Shown here in pieces: positions 37,301 through 51,499 of a DNA stretch of 64,000 nucleotides; the stretch's first letter is position 1; each line of letters opens with the position of its first letter. The position numbers and the translations under genes are program-made. Below the pieces are notes generated by a model, which saw only the letters and a program-made list of their open reading frames with translations, searched no databases and was not told where the DNA came from. Source of the stretch: Octopus vulgaris. Lineage: Eukaryota. Location of the stretch: NCBI GenBank assembly GCA_951406725.2, contig OX597822.1:88846001-88910000 (forward strand), given 5' to 3'.

Positions 37301-40300
37301 GTGTGCTTGTATATAGAAATAAAAACAATACAATATAAATAATAAAGACAAAAAATTATAAAAATTAAGGTTGAAAGGTGATATGGAAGTTAATGCAATA
37401 TAAATGGTGCAGTTACAAGTAAAAATGAAAATGAAATAAGGTTGCTTGTTGCAGGAGGTGTAGAGGCAGTCAATTGGAGGAGGGGGTTGTGTTTAGTCCA
37501 TAGGGGATAGTTGTCCGTAGATTAAAGATATACCACTGTTCCAGGCAGAGTTGTGGATCCGTGGTGTAGAGCGAGGCCAAAGACAGATGTTAGAGGGGAA
37601 TGGTTGGCCAAATGGAAGTGGCAGGTGATGCTTAGATGTTCAGTGAACCGGTCAGCCAGTCAGCAGCCCATCTGACCTACATATAGTTTACCAAAGAGGT
37701 TGCATCTAATACAGTATATGAGGCTAGAAGTTCAAGAGAAGAAATTTGTTATGTGAAGAGTTTGCTGATATAACAGTGCGAGAAGTAGTGTTGGTGATGA
37801 AGGGGCAAGTGTTGCAGTGAGATCTGGAGCACGGGAAGGATCCATGTGGGGCTGGGGGGGGGGGGAGAAGAGAAGGTGCTACAGACCAGAAGATCACATA
37901 GTTTCTGGGTGCATTTAAAGGACAAGGGTGGGTTGGGAAAATGGTGCGGGTGGTGGGATTGAGCTTGAGACGATGGAAGGCCCATAGTATCCTCTGACGA
38001 AAGGGTAGAGTGGAGGGGTGGAAAAGGAGGGGAAAGGGGTGTGGTTAGGGGATTGGTGAGGGGAAGGAAAAAGGGTGGTGGTGTGATCGATTCGTCGAGC
38101 ACGGGCACAGGCATTTTGGACATGGGTTGAGGGGTACCCGCGATGCCTGAGCAGGCGGGCAAGGTATTGGGACTAGGTCTCAAAATCCTGGTCTCAGCTG
38201 CACAAGCGTCGGAGGCGGAGGAACTGGGAGTAGGGGATGGCCCGTTTGGTGTGGAAGATATGGCAGGAGGAGAAGTTGAGGTACAGCTGGGAATCTGTGG
38301 GTTTGAAGAAGGCAGAGGTGGTGAGAGTGTGGGAGGGGTGGTCAATAGTAAGAGAGATATCAAGGAAGTTAACAGAGGTATTAGAGATAGTAGAAGTGAA
38401 TTGGAGAGAAGGGTGGAAGTTAGAGAGGAAAGAGATGAAGTATCAGAGTTGTTCACGGGTGAGGGAGGTGGCACCTATACAGTCTTTGTAGCTCTGGGGT
38501 CGTCCCAGAGAATTGGGAGAATGCTTGGGTCTCAATGTGACCAACAAAGAGGTTGGCGAAATTGGGGCCCATTCTCGATCCCATCACGACCCCAGACACC
38601 TGTTGGTAGGTTTACCCGGCAAACGTAAAACAGTTGAGGGTGAGGACGAGCTCTGCCTGGTAGAGAAGGGTGGATGTGTGGGGTCAGGGCGACAGTCGAA
38701 GAATTGGAGGGCTAAGAGACTGTCGTGGGAAATCACCGTGTATAGGGATTTGATGTCCAAGGTGAAGAGGAGGTATGAGGGGCCGGGAGGGAAGGGAAAG
38801 GAATTGAAGAGGCAAAGGGCATGATTAGTGTCATGTATGTGGAATGGGAGGGCAGCAACTAAAGGGGACAGGATGCAGTCAAGGTATTTGGAAATGAGTT
38901 TGGTGGAACAATTACAGGCAGAAACGATAGGGCGGCCAGGGTTGTTGGGTTTATGTATTTTGGGAAGGAAATAGATGGTGGAGGTACAGGCTGTTCGGAA
39001 GATGAGGTTGGTGGCGGTGGGGAGGAGAGCAGAAGAGAAGATGAGGTCATGGATGGTGGAGGACACTTGCTGTTGGTGGGAGGAGGTGATAGGCAAGGGG
39101 ATTTTGAAGTTGGCTGAGCGCTTCCTGTATAGCTCCATGCGCCACACCACTACTGCTCCATCTTTGTCTGCCAGTTTGATGATGATGTCGTTGTGGCGAC
39201 AGAGGAGGTCACGAAGGGCAATTAATTCAGCAAGGGTGAGGTTGGCTCGGAGGGATCTTTTTTGAAAATGAATCGGTTTACCAACGCATTTCAGTAGTGC
39301 ACGAACAAATCTAGGTTACTGAATTAGCCAGGAGGCAGCATCCAGTTGGATGGGCGGCGCCCCAGCTCTGAAAAGCAATCTCAATTGTCGTGAAGTTGTG
39401 TAGACGTGTGGAAAAATGTACATATTTTGATGCGGCGCAGGAACTGGCTCATATCGGTGCAGGTCTCAAATTCGTCGCAGTGGGGTGTGAGAGGCGTGAA
39501 GCAGAGTTCCCTACTGAGGAGTGAGCGCTCAGCAGCGGAGAGGGGGAGGTTGCGTGGTATAGTAACAACAGTGCGAGGGAGCAGAATGGTGGGGTGGGTG
39601 GAGTCAGGAAGAGGGTGTTCTGAGGGGTGGGGAGGAGGGTTGGAATGGGTGGGGTAGGGGTGGGAAAGTCAGGATGGGGTGTGTGTGATGTGTAGGGTGC
39701 ACGGGGATGGGGCGTGGTGGATGCGGGATTGGGAGGGGTCGGGAGAGCTGAAGGGGAGGGTGTAGGGTGTGGGAGAGGAAAGAGGTGAAAGGTTGAGGAG
39801 GTGGTGGAGTTTTTTGCTTTTTGTGTGTGTGAGGAAATTGTGAAGTTGGTGGTTGAGATTAAGAATGAAGCGGAGAATGGGTTGGGTGGAAGGCAGAGGG
39901 AGGGGAGGAGGAGGTAAGCCTGGGGAAGTTGGTGGTCAAGAAAATGAAGGAGGAAGCAGGTGGAGGTCAGGCATGGTGAGAGGGTGTGAATGTCCGTGTA
40001 GGTGTAAATGGTGGCGACAAAAAGAGAAAAGTGAAAAGAGGACGAGAAAAAGTGGAAGAGTCACAGACAAATTTTTGATGATTTCCAATCACAATTAGAG
40101 TGGCGTACTTTGGATGAATGGTAACAGTAATCCGCAGGTGTAAAAATTCCAGGAATTGGTTATCTAAGTCAGTCAGAAGGCCAGGGTCCATGTGAGCGTG
40201 CGGTATATATAGTTAATCCAAACATGAACAAAGAGAAAACACAACAACGTGAGGATGTGTTACAAGTATAGTGTTGTTGGATGCTCAGGATTGGAAAGAA

Positions 40301-40309
40301 AGAATGAGG

Positions 40310-40345
40310 ATTTAACGTTTCGAGTGGAGCTCTTTGGTCAGAAAC
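40310..40345 (-). ncRNA. Degenerate minimal hammerhead in the Penelope pseudo-LTR
   Basis: gttt-CTGACCA-aa-gagctccactc-GAAA-cg-TT-aaat; G8 is lost. Confidence 0.55.
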
Positions 40346-40599
40346 ATAGAAAAAGGAAAGATCCAAGGAAAGAAAGATGGAGAAAGAAAATTGCCAATAA
40401 TACACACACAGTCACATATTGAAATGACCGGAAGGGAATGGGTGAAGAAAAAGTTCTTTTAAAGACAGGAGAGTGCAAGAGAAGGAGGTATGTGTGTGGT
40501 TGGGCTAGTATCCTTTAAGGTCATAGGAAGAATTTGTAGTAAGAATTTTGGCAGGAGTGGCTGCCTGTTTGTCTACATATACATGTTCCTAGGTGAATG

Positions 40600-41200
40600 G
40601 TCAGTAGAAGTTACTTGTAGTTTGAAGTATGTGTGTGTGTGCATCTATGTATATGTAGTGTGTTTTGTTTGCAATGTGTGTGTATGTGTGTGGAGAGTAA
40701 CTGCACTTTACTCTCTGTGTGTGTGCTTGTATGTGCGTATGTGTGTGTGTACTTGTATGTATAATTGTGCGTGTATGTATGTGGTGTGTGGGTTCATTTG
40801 CATGTGTGTGCGTGTGTATATACATGTGTGAGTATGTGTATTTTGTGTGTGCATGTGTGTGAACGAGGGTATAGGTGCGTTTTTTGCGCGTGTATGTATG
40901 TGCGTGTACATGTGAATCTGCATGTAGTTGTGTGCGCGTATGTGGGTGTATATACGTGGGATTGTGACTGTTAGGTATGTGTGCATGCGTGTATGCATAT
41001 ATTGTGTATGTATGTGTGTGTATGTGAATTTGTATGTGTCTGTGTGTGTAGGGGGTTGTGTGGGATAGGTATCTGTGCATTCTTGTATGTGTGTGTGCAC
41101 GTGGGTATATGTGTGTATATGTGTTTGTATATGTGCATGTATGTGTGTGTGGGAGGTATATGTGCATTCGTGGATATGTACGTATGTATGTGTGTGTATA
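40600..41200. repeat. Degenerate (GT/GTAT)n microsatellite within the Penelope UTR
   Basis: Directly visible. Confidence 0.85.
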
Positions 41201-42831
41201 TAGAAATAAAAACAATAATTTATAGAAACAATAAAATATAAAAATTAAGGTTGAAAGGAGATAAGGAAGTTAATGCAATATAAATGGCGCAATTACAGGT
41301 AAAAAGGAAAAATGAGATAAGGTTGCTTGTTGCAGGAGGTGTAGAAGCAGTCAATAGGACAGTTGTGTTTAGTCCGTAAGGGATAGTTGTTCATAGATTA
41401 AAGATATACCGCTGTTCCAGGCGGAGTCATGTGTGTGTGGATGGGGGTAGGGTGAGGCCAAAGACGGAGATGTTAGAGGGGGAATGGTTGGCCAAGCGAA
41501 AGTGACGGGCGACGGGTATGTTCGGACGTAGACAAACATCCCTTAGATGTTCGGTGACCTGGTCAGCCAGTTGGCGCGCGTTTGACCTACATATAGTTTA
41601 CCACAGAGGTTGCATTTAATACAGTATATGAGGTTAGAAGAAGTGCAAGAGAAGGAATTTGTTATGTGAAGAGCTTGCTGATTAGAACCAGTGAGAGAAG
41701 TAGTGTTAGTGATGAACGGGCAGGTGTTGCAGTGGGATCTGGAGCATGGGAAGGATCCGTGTGGGGCTGGGGGGGTGGAGAGGAGAAGGTGCTATGGACC
41801 AGAAGATCACGTAGGTTCCGGGTGCGTTTAAAGGACAACCCTCCCTCCCCAACCCCACACACATGCCGCCGCCTGGAACAGCAGTAAGAAATTTACTTCC
41901 CAGTCACATGGTTTTGGATTCATTCCCACTGCATGGCACCCTGGGCAAATGTCTTCTATAACCTTCACCAACCCAAGTCCTATGAAAGAAATTTTGTGGA
42001 TGAAAACTGAAAGAAGACTATGACTTTTTTTTTTGTATGTATGTTTGTGTCTTCATTACAGAAGTGGTGTTATTTGTTTTCACTCTTCTAAGGAAACGTG
42101 TTAAGCCATTTGGAAATTGCTTGGAAATGTGAAGGTTGGCAACAGCAAGAGCATTTGCCCATAGAAAATATGCCTCAAACTTTGTCTGACCTATGCAAGC
42201 ATGAAAAATTGGACATTATGATGATTATGATGAAATTTTATTGTTTCTAATTGAACTGTACTACTTTATCTCCACACAGTAATTTGTCAGCCATTTAACA
42301 TTAACAGGATATGTTATTCCACTTCTGAAATATTTCAAATGTGCCATTTCCAACCATCTCCAGTTCATTTCACATTCTTTTTTTTCTCTTGTAATCTGTC
42401 TTAGGATTCAGAACTTAATATTTATTTAACCCTTTTGATACCAGCCCATCTGAGACCATCCTTAAGTCTGTGATAAAAATCTTACTGTTTTAAAGTCATC
42501 TAAATTAAAACCATCTGTCAGAGTTTCATGTTAACCTATGTTCCAAATGTTAACTATGAAATGTCAGATATTTTACTAAATTCTTAATTATTTTCAGAAT
42601 TAATTGAAACAAAGATAGTGTATTTCAACAGAAATATTTTTTTAAAATGGGTTAACCCTTCAATTACAATTCTTTTATTCCAAAGTGCTACTTAATATTG
42701 CAGAAGTTATTTTTCTTAAAGTTCCTCTAAATATCTGTTTTAAAACTGTTTTAAATGTAAACAGACTTAAATTGTAATATTTGTCATTAAATCCATGGTA
42801 ATTATGATTTTAAAGTGTTTTAATGATATGA

Positions 42832-43101
<270 letters not shown>

Positions 43102-43789
43102 TAAACTGAGCTAAATCAAAACTTTCCATTGGAATTTCATTTAAAGTTACTGTTGTGAAGTTTTCATTAATTAAAACAAAAGTAGTGTATTTTATCAGAA
43201 ATATGGCTATGAAAAAAGGTCAATTATCATTATAAAAAAATAGGTCTCACACACTCTGACTTCATCAAGACTTCACATGCTTATGAAGGTGGATGGACAG
43301 CTATTTTCGAAAAGGCATACTTATCATCCTCCTAATTTTTAAATCCATTTTATGTACAATGTTGCTCTTGTAAACATTGGCTTATGTTTATAAGAACTAT
43401 TCACTCTCTACAACCACTATTCTTGCTTGCTCCAGTCTTCACAAATCTTTCATATTCAGTGCCTGTAGCTGAATGCCGTGCTGCATTTCACTTCACACAG
43501 TCTTCCATATATATAAAAATACTTTGTTGCCAATTGATATAAGACTTTTGATCTTCTTCCATACTCTATACTTTCACTGTAGCTAGTTAACTAACAACAA
43601 ACATATCTACAGAGCCTAATGTTGAGCTATCCCTAGTGGATCTGCAATTTTGTCTACATTAATCTTGTTAATAGCTTTACAACTTACAAATGCTAACCTC
43701 AAGAACACTGGCCCTATGTAAGTGGTGAGGTTGTTTTGAATCATGCATTACTAGTAGTACTTAGTTAACATTTTAATTTCTGTAATTAA

Positions 43790-44056
<267 letters not shown>

Positions 44057-47000
44057 TGAAAAAATGGGATATTTGCATAGGATTTATTATATGAATTTGA
44101 TTGTGTGTCTAAAACATTTGCTCCACAATTATGTGATTAATTGGGTTGATCAATTCTTCATGAATGGGAATTCAGTTGGCAGTGTGTGAAAGACTGTATT
44201 ACATGTGTGAGTCTCAGTGTTGCATATTAGTGAAAGACATAAACATTTAGAAAAATTGATAAACTGGTGCTTTCAAACAAACATTCCCTGTAATATTTTT
44301 TCCACTTGACTTTTTTTTTTACTCATTTCATTTTATATCAAAATTGGTAAATAATAGTATTTTGCATCTTTCTAATGAACCAGTTACAAGTTCAGGGCAT
44401 TTCTGATGGCAATAGTGACCAGGGAGTGTTTGTAACTGTATAGAACAAATATCTCAAGGGATTTCATTTATAAAGAACTATTTTCTCAGTTTCCCACCGA
44501 TATATATTGATAAAATACACACACACATAACAAGCATCTTCAGTGTTCTTAATAACCAAATTCCACTCAGATGGTGCAAGCTTTGCAGTGTGGTGAGGTT
44601 TGCTTCACAGCTACATAGTTTCAGGTTCAGTTCCACTGTAGGGCACTTTAGGCAAATGCCTTCTACTAAAGCTGTAGACCAACCAAAATTTTGCGAGTGG
44701 ATTTGGTAGAGAGGAACTCAAAAAGACCTCTGTGTGTGCATGCACACATACACACATTGTCATTTCAATTCTTGAAAATGACACGAAAGGTCTAGAAATA
44801 TTTGAATATAAATTTAGAACTTTACTGTTTCAATCATCTGTGAAAAAAATGAAAATATGAAGAATCTAAATCACAAAAAGATGTAACTTAAATGCAGTCA
44901 TGTTTTTAATGAAGCACACACAAACATATATATGTGTGTGTGTATGTATGCATGTATCTTTGCCCCCTTGTATTGACATTGCCTGATAGTCACAAATGTG
45001 TTCCATTGTCATACACGCTGTGTCATTCATTTCCAATATTTGGCTTAAACAATGTCTACGTATATATGTGTGTATATATTTATGTGTGTGTGTGTATTCC
45101 TATATATATGTATACATATCTAGACACATAGACATATATGTTCTATATATGTGTGTGTATTTGTGTGTGTCTGGGTTTGTACCCGCTTCCTTGTCAAGAA
45201 CCAGTGTTGCTGTGTTTGTGTCCCTGTAATTAACCATTTGGCAAACCACACTGATAGAATAATTACTAGGCTTACAAAGAATAAATCCTGGGGTCGATTT
45301 CTTCGACTAAAGGCAAACCTTCAGCATAGCCGCCTGACTGAAACAAGTGAAAGAATAAAATAGCTTTGCCTTTTTCTTAATCCGGAGCAATGCTGGGTAT
45401 CTTTGCTAGTATATATATATATATATATATATAATGTCATTATCATCGTTTAACGTCTACTTTCCATGCTGGCATGGGTTGGACGGTTTCACTGAGGACT
45501 GGTGAGCCAGAGGCTGCATCAAGTTTCTACAGCTGGATGCCCTTCCTAACACCAACCACTCTCAGAGTGTAGTGGGTGGTTTCTATGTGCCACTGGCACG
45601 GGTGCCAATCAGGCAGCTCTGGCAACAACCACACTCAAAAGATGTTTTTACGTGCTACCTGCACGGGAACCAGTCCGGCGGCACTGGCAATGACCATGCT
45701 CAAATGTTGTCTTTCATGTGCCGGTAAGGTGACGCTGGCAATGATCATGCCCGAATGGTGCTTTTCATGTGTCACCGGCATGTGAGCCAATCCGTGTCCC
45801 TGGCAGTGATACCACAGTTATGCTAGAAACAACAGGTAAAGGACAGAATTTCTGTGCAATTTTCCTTTGAAGTTTATATCTAAGATCAGGTTTTTAAATA
45901 TACTCATCACAAACACAAATTACAGAGTAGCAAAAGGCAATTTCAATTAGATTTGTACTGTAATTTTGCGTGTGCACATGGCAAGAAATAAGAATTTGTA
46001 CAGAAGTTTACCCTCGTGTGTGTGCATGGGTGTGCCAAAGAAAGTTCTTTTATGTCATTCTTTTGTTTGAAGCATGAAAGTTGTCAACCCGATCATTTGG
46101 GACCATAAGATTGTTCATGTGTTTCCATAAAAAAGTTTTTATTTCTTTATGCTTTGAAGAGAGAAGAATGTGAAAAGATGACTTTTTCATTGAAATGAGA
46201 ACAAAAAGAGGGGAGAAAATGAAAGTTTATGGACGTGTGTGTGAGAGAGAGATAGTGAGTAAAAGTGTGTGTTGTGTATTTTTTTTTTGCAGGTATGTGT
46301 AAGTGGTACTCACTCTCTCACTCACACACACACATTTTTATATACACATACATAAGTACATATACATACATTGTTTTTGTATGTGTGCATGCAAGAGAGA
46401 GAGAGTGACTGTATTTCCTCATAACATATAGAGAAATGGATGGCTTGTAATGAAATGTTTTTGTTTGTGACTTATTTTAATGCAATATTTATGTGTAGAT
46501 TTTCATAAATGCTTGTCTGAGTAGAATTCTACACATGCGTGAAACATTGGACAAAAGTAAAACATGAGAAGCAAATCAAAATATTGCTCAAAAATTATCT
46601 CAAAATTATGCAACCTAACTTTGTTGTCAAGGTTATTTTATTAGTAAAAAAGAGTAGATAGATGACAAACAGCTTTCTTTATTATAGTACAGATGTGACT
46701 AATTCGGAGAAACATTACTTTCAGTATTCACACATCGTCTTGTAATGCAACACTGTAATTTTGGTTCAAATTCAAAGTGTGAAACTATTTTCACTTTCTA
46801 ATGAAATTTGGACATTGTAAAGCAGTGTCTTTCAAATAACTATAGCTTGTTGTTGAGATAACACAGAGAATATGTAAATGAAAATAAAGTTTATTTGGTA
46901 GCTGAAAGATTACTGAATCTTTTGATACCACATACATCAAAATTGGCTACTCAGTTTCAAATGCATGAGGAACATACACAAACCATCTTTTAAATATGTG

Positions 47001-47921
47001 TGTGTGTGCACGCATATGCACACAAATATTATTATTAGCTTTGTAAATTGGTATTTGTCATTTGAAAATGAAAGAAATTTAAGTATTTGGTATGATTTCA
47101 TGTATTGAGTTTGGCTTTTCCAAATATGCATGCTATTGTGTTCACATTTTTATTCTTTGATTTAAATAGTTTTGTGTATGAGCCTACCAACTCTACCTCA
47201 ATGGCAATATAGTTTGTCATGTGATCTCAGATTAAATTGTCTATCTATATATTCATTCATTTTTAAACCTTTCATTTGTTCTAATCATTGGACTGCAGCC
47301 ATGCTGGGGCACTGCCTCGATGGGTTTAGTAAAACATATCAACCCCAGTATTTATTTAAAAAAAAATCCTAATACTTATTCCATCTTCCTCATTTTGAGG
47401 AACTGCTAAATATGGGGATATAAACAAACCAGCCCCGTTTGACAAATGGTGGAGGTGGGACTACACACATACACATATATACATGTGTATGTATGACAAA
47501 CTTCATAGTTTCTGTCTACCAAATTCACTCACAGGGCACACACTGGCCCTGGCCTGTAGTAGAAGTCTCTGTTGGAGTGTTTGCTAAAAATTGGTACATA
47601 TCAATTTGTATTTTTTTTAAACATTGTGTAAGTTTTGATATTTAAAAAATATTTTTAAGCAGACCTTTAAGCAATGCAAGTGAGATGTTAAGCACTATAT
47701 GTAAAGTGATGCCATTAAATAAATGTACATGATATTGTACATTAAATAAAGTACATGAAACAACTCTACATAAGTTGTTTAATAATCCTATTTTATTTCG
47801 GGAAATTTTTCCCTTATCAAAAATAGGATAGAAAATAATCTAAGAGTTGTGAGAGAAAGTGTTCTTAGCAGGCATTTTATGCAATTTTCTCAATTTTTCT
47901 ATTTTTTTGTTTCTTTTGCAG

Positions 47922-48372
47922 GTGCAGACTTTGAATCCACGGTCAGGTCGTAGTGCTTCTATGAGCAGTGGGACTTCCACTCAAGCCCCTACATCCAAAC
48001 CACCAACCCCACCAACAGTCCGTGCATGTGGTACGCTAGGTCGGTCACAGGGTGCTTCCCACTACCGTACTCCAGCCCCGCCGGTGGCGCCTCCGTCTGT
48101 GCCCTCCCATTATGCTCCCAACTATGCTATGCAAGGTGGTGGGGGAGGTGGAGGCCGTGGAAGTGGTGGAGGCCGTGGCGGAAGAGATGGGAGTGGGTAT
48201 GCAGCCACATCTGCTGTCATGAGTGGTGGTCAGGGTCAAACGGCTCCACCTGTGGGTATGACACGGCCAATGCCAACTCCCCAAACAGCAAGTGGTGGTC
48301 ACACCCCTTCTTCTCCCAACATGGCACAAGGAATTCACATACCCCCTCAAATGCTGCCTCAGGGAGCAATAG
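47922..48372 (+). CDS. ABI: ABI coding exon 4 (Pro/Gly-rich)
   Basis: ttttgcag|VQTLNP...KPPTPP...GTLGR...YRTPAPPVAPPSVPSHY...GAI g|gtagga; 451 nt, ends in phase 1. Confidence 0.9.
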
Positions 48373-48989
48373 GTAGGAATTTATGTTTTCTTAAGCAATT
48401 TTTTTAATCTTGCAATTATTTTAGCTTAATATTCATTCTGATGCATTATGAAAGTTTAGCAATGTTATGAGAATATTCTTCACTAAATTTATTTTTTGTT
48501 CAACCAAAAAAACAAAAAAAAATTTCTCTGTCAGTAGTGTTGTCTGTCTCTTACATATTAATCAAATATATTTCAGCCAGAGATTGACCCAAGCCATGTT
48601 TAATTCTGATAGGATCTGTTAAATCATTTTAAAGTCAAGTTTTGTGGTATCATGTTCCATTCAAGTAAGGAGTTGTTGCTTATAATGATTATATCTATTA
48701 ACCCTATCACTATATATAACATTTAGGAATCTCACTTTTAATTTCATTACTTTTTTTAAATCAGAGTTCAGTACTTAGGTATTTGTTGGAGTTTAATTTA
48801 TACCTTTTATAATAGTAACGAGTGTGTTAAATAATAAGGCACTAAAAGAGAACGACTCTCCCCAGACACAACAGAATAGTAATAATGTTGAGCAAAAAAT
48901 CAGCCTTTTTGTTTCTTTGTTTATTTATTCCCATAAAATCATTTTATATTAAATCATTTTAGTGTGGTTGTTAGTTTTATCTCTTCCAG

Positions 48990-49016
48990 CTGATCTCGCA
49001 TCTTGCAGGCTGTTAG
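48990..49016 (+). CDS. ABI: Candidate 27-nt ABI microexon (ADLASCRLL)
   Basis: ttttatctcttccag acceptor; phase 1-1 and stop-free; weak donor g|gttgcatg. Confidence 0.35.
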   Translation: MISHLAGC

Positions 49017-50287
49017 GTTGCATGTGTTGACAGTAAGCACACAAAGATTCATTTGAGTTTCAAAATATTTTAACACTGCACTATATTTACATATGTACAT
49101 TCATTAAATCAATATTGTGATAGGGCATATGAATCATTGCATATAATGAATATTGTTAAGTGACTCTACTAGTTAAGGCCTGTGAATAAGAAAAGTAAGA
49201 GAGATAAGAAATGACTGTCCCATACAAATCCTGATGTAGCTCTCTGATTAAATTGAATTTGCCAGGAGATGATGAGAGACTATTGTATGGGGCGGGGGAG
49301 CAATATAGATCTGGTGTAGCTCTTAGGAAGTATGCAAGTTTTCCCACCAAATTGATTCTAAAACCTTCTTGGTCAACAGTTATTTGAAGGTGAGAAAATT
49401 CAACTTAGAGCAAAGTTACACCAGCCATAAATAAGTTACCCAGTGCTGATTGGCCAAACCACATTCACACAGGCATTAATAACTTTTATGGTGACTCATC
49501 TTTGTATGAAACATATATTAGGTAATGACTCTTGACTTGGAAAATCTGAAAACTATAGTTCAAATCTCAGGTTCTCACAATTGTTATGTATCAAGGTGGA
49601 TGAATGTTGAATATAATCTGAGGTCATCATCAAATATTTTCCCATGCCTTGGTTATAGAACAGACTTTCATCTTTATCTTTCATCATTTCATTTGTGAAA
49701 TCATTGATCAATTTTCATACCTGATTGTGTGCAGATGTGATCTAAAGTAGTAGAGCATTGTGGGTTTCACTTGAGCTTTGTTTAGAGTTACTTGCTGTGT
49801 TTAGTGTAACATTTATGTTGTAGAGAAGAAAAAAATGAAGAAATTAGATTTTATTATGATAACCTTTCTACTAGAAGATATTTCTTCTAACAGTGACAAT
49901 TTTGCTTCGTTAGATTTAATACTTTTTAACATTTTGAAAATTTCATTTCAAAAGGTTATTACCTACATGAAAAGTTTCTGTCTATTAAATGTCGGTACAA
50001 CCAATCCCAGTTGACTATTATTAGTTTGTAGAAAACTCAAATAATTACAAATATTATTTTTATTTGTAAATTTTGTAGGAGTTTTTTGTCATTGTTGTAA
50101 AACTTTTTTTCGTTTTTTGTTGTAAAGCTTGTGTTCATTTTATTTGCATGATTTATATATATATATATATACACAGAATTGTTTATTTTATGTTATATGT
50201 TGTTTCTCTCTCAACTTGCCTCCCATTTTGTTATTTCTTCAAATTTAGCACTGTCTTTTGATGCGATATTTGTATTTTTCTCCACAG

Positions 50288-50338
50288 ACCTGCCACCACC
50301 ACCACCACCAAATTTAGAAGATGACGTAGTATTTGAAG
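50288..50338 (+). CDS. ABI: Candidate 51-nt ABI poly-proline exon (DLPPPPPPNLEDDVVFE)
   Basis: tttttctccacag acceptor; phase 1 matches exon 4; ABI-like polyPro/acidic peptide; weak donor gtctta. Confidence 0.6.
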
Positions 50339-51499
50339 GTCTTAAATTAATCTCCTTACCCTCTGCCCTTTTCTTTTTTCTCTTCCCATTTGCAGCTTTT
50401 CCTAACTGAAAAGTCCTTCCAAACCTCCCTATTCTTTTACCTTTTTTTTAAAAAAATTTTCTTAGGTCATGTCTTCTATGTACATTTTGTCCTCTTGCAG
50501 CTCTTAGTATATAAAATCAACCTCCATCCTTTCTATTTTAAAATCCTGTTCTGTACTTTCCAATCTCGATTGCCATTTTCTATGGAGTGGTTTAGATAGA
50601 GTTCTTTAACCTTTTACCATTTAAACCAGCCATATCTGACCTCTCATACCTACCCTACAATGTCATTGTGAACACAAATGATCACATCATTGAAATCTTA
50701 AAATCTAAAAACTACAAGATAATGCATGATTAATTCAAAGCAATGTGAATAAATAATTGCATTTGACAGAATAATCTGAATGTTACAGGGTTAAAGAAAC
50801 AAGGTACTTCAAAGTTGTTTAAATATTTTGCTACAGAAACTGGAGATTTATCTTTGAGCAAGTTTATTTTGGTTTATCTGACAAAATACACCCACTGTTT
50901 CTATATGATGTCTTGTCCATTAGTCTGTATAAGAGGAATTTGGCAAGACATTCTATATATTACTAAAGGATCATAGCTGACCCAAGAGTCACTTAACCAC
51001 AAACTGTTGATTATTTATCATGAAGGTATCTGCATCTTAATTGACTACTCTTCCTCTTCATTTATTGCTGCCGCCTCTTCTCTTTTTCTGCTCAAGGCTT
51101 ATTTTCAGTTTATGAAGCTATGATCTAAATCAGGGGTCCCTAACCTATGTTTCACTGGCTACATGTCTACATATTTTTTGTTAGTTTCACTTAAATCATT
51201 AAAAACAAATTTTTAAATAATCACTGCATCAAGAAATTTCTAGGCTTGAGCTAATTAACACTCATTTTAATTTGCATCTGTTACTGCATGGTTTTTCCAT
51301 TGTTCTTTATATATGAAGATTATTTTATACAGTGGATAAAAAAACTTTTCTATATTTACTTGAAAGACACATGGAATGAATATGGATGTATTCATCATCA
51401 TCATCATCATCAATTACTCTTATGAAAGTGTAATTATAAATATTAAAAAAAAACATGTTTAGTAACCTAAGGAATATTAGAATATATATATTCTAATAT

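Larger units (their letters stand above)
37255..41835 (-). mobile_element. Penelope-like retroelement (Neptune-like) with partial tandem pseudo-LTR
   Basis: RT YFLPKIHKPNNPGRPIVS...LDIKSLYT; Cys linker PCSRSHCNTCP; GIY-YIG LIYCI.C.L.GKLYVGQ. Segment 37255-37935 is repeated at 41150-41835. Frameshifted. Confidence 0.9.

Noticed and set aside
37749-38628. Pro/Ser-rich and Gly/Glu-rich ORFs as host genes
   Set aside because: Alternative frames of the compositionally skewed Penelope element.
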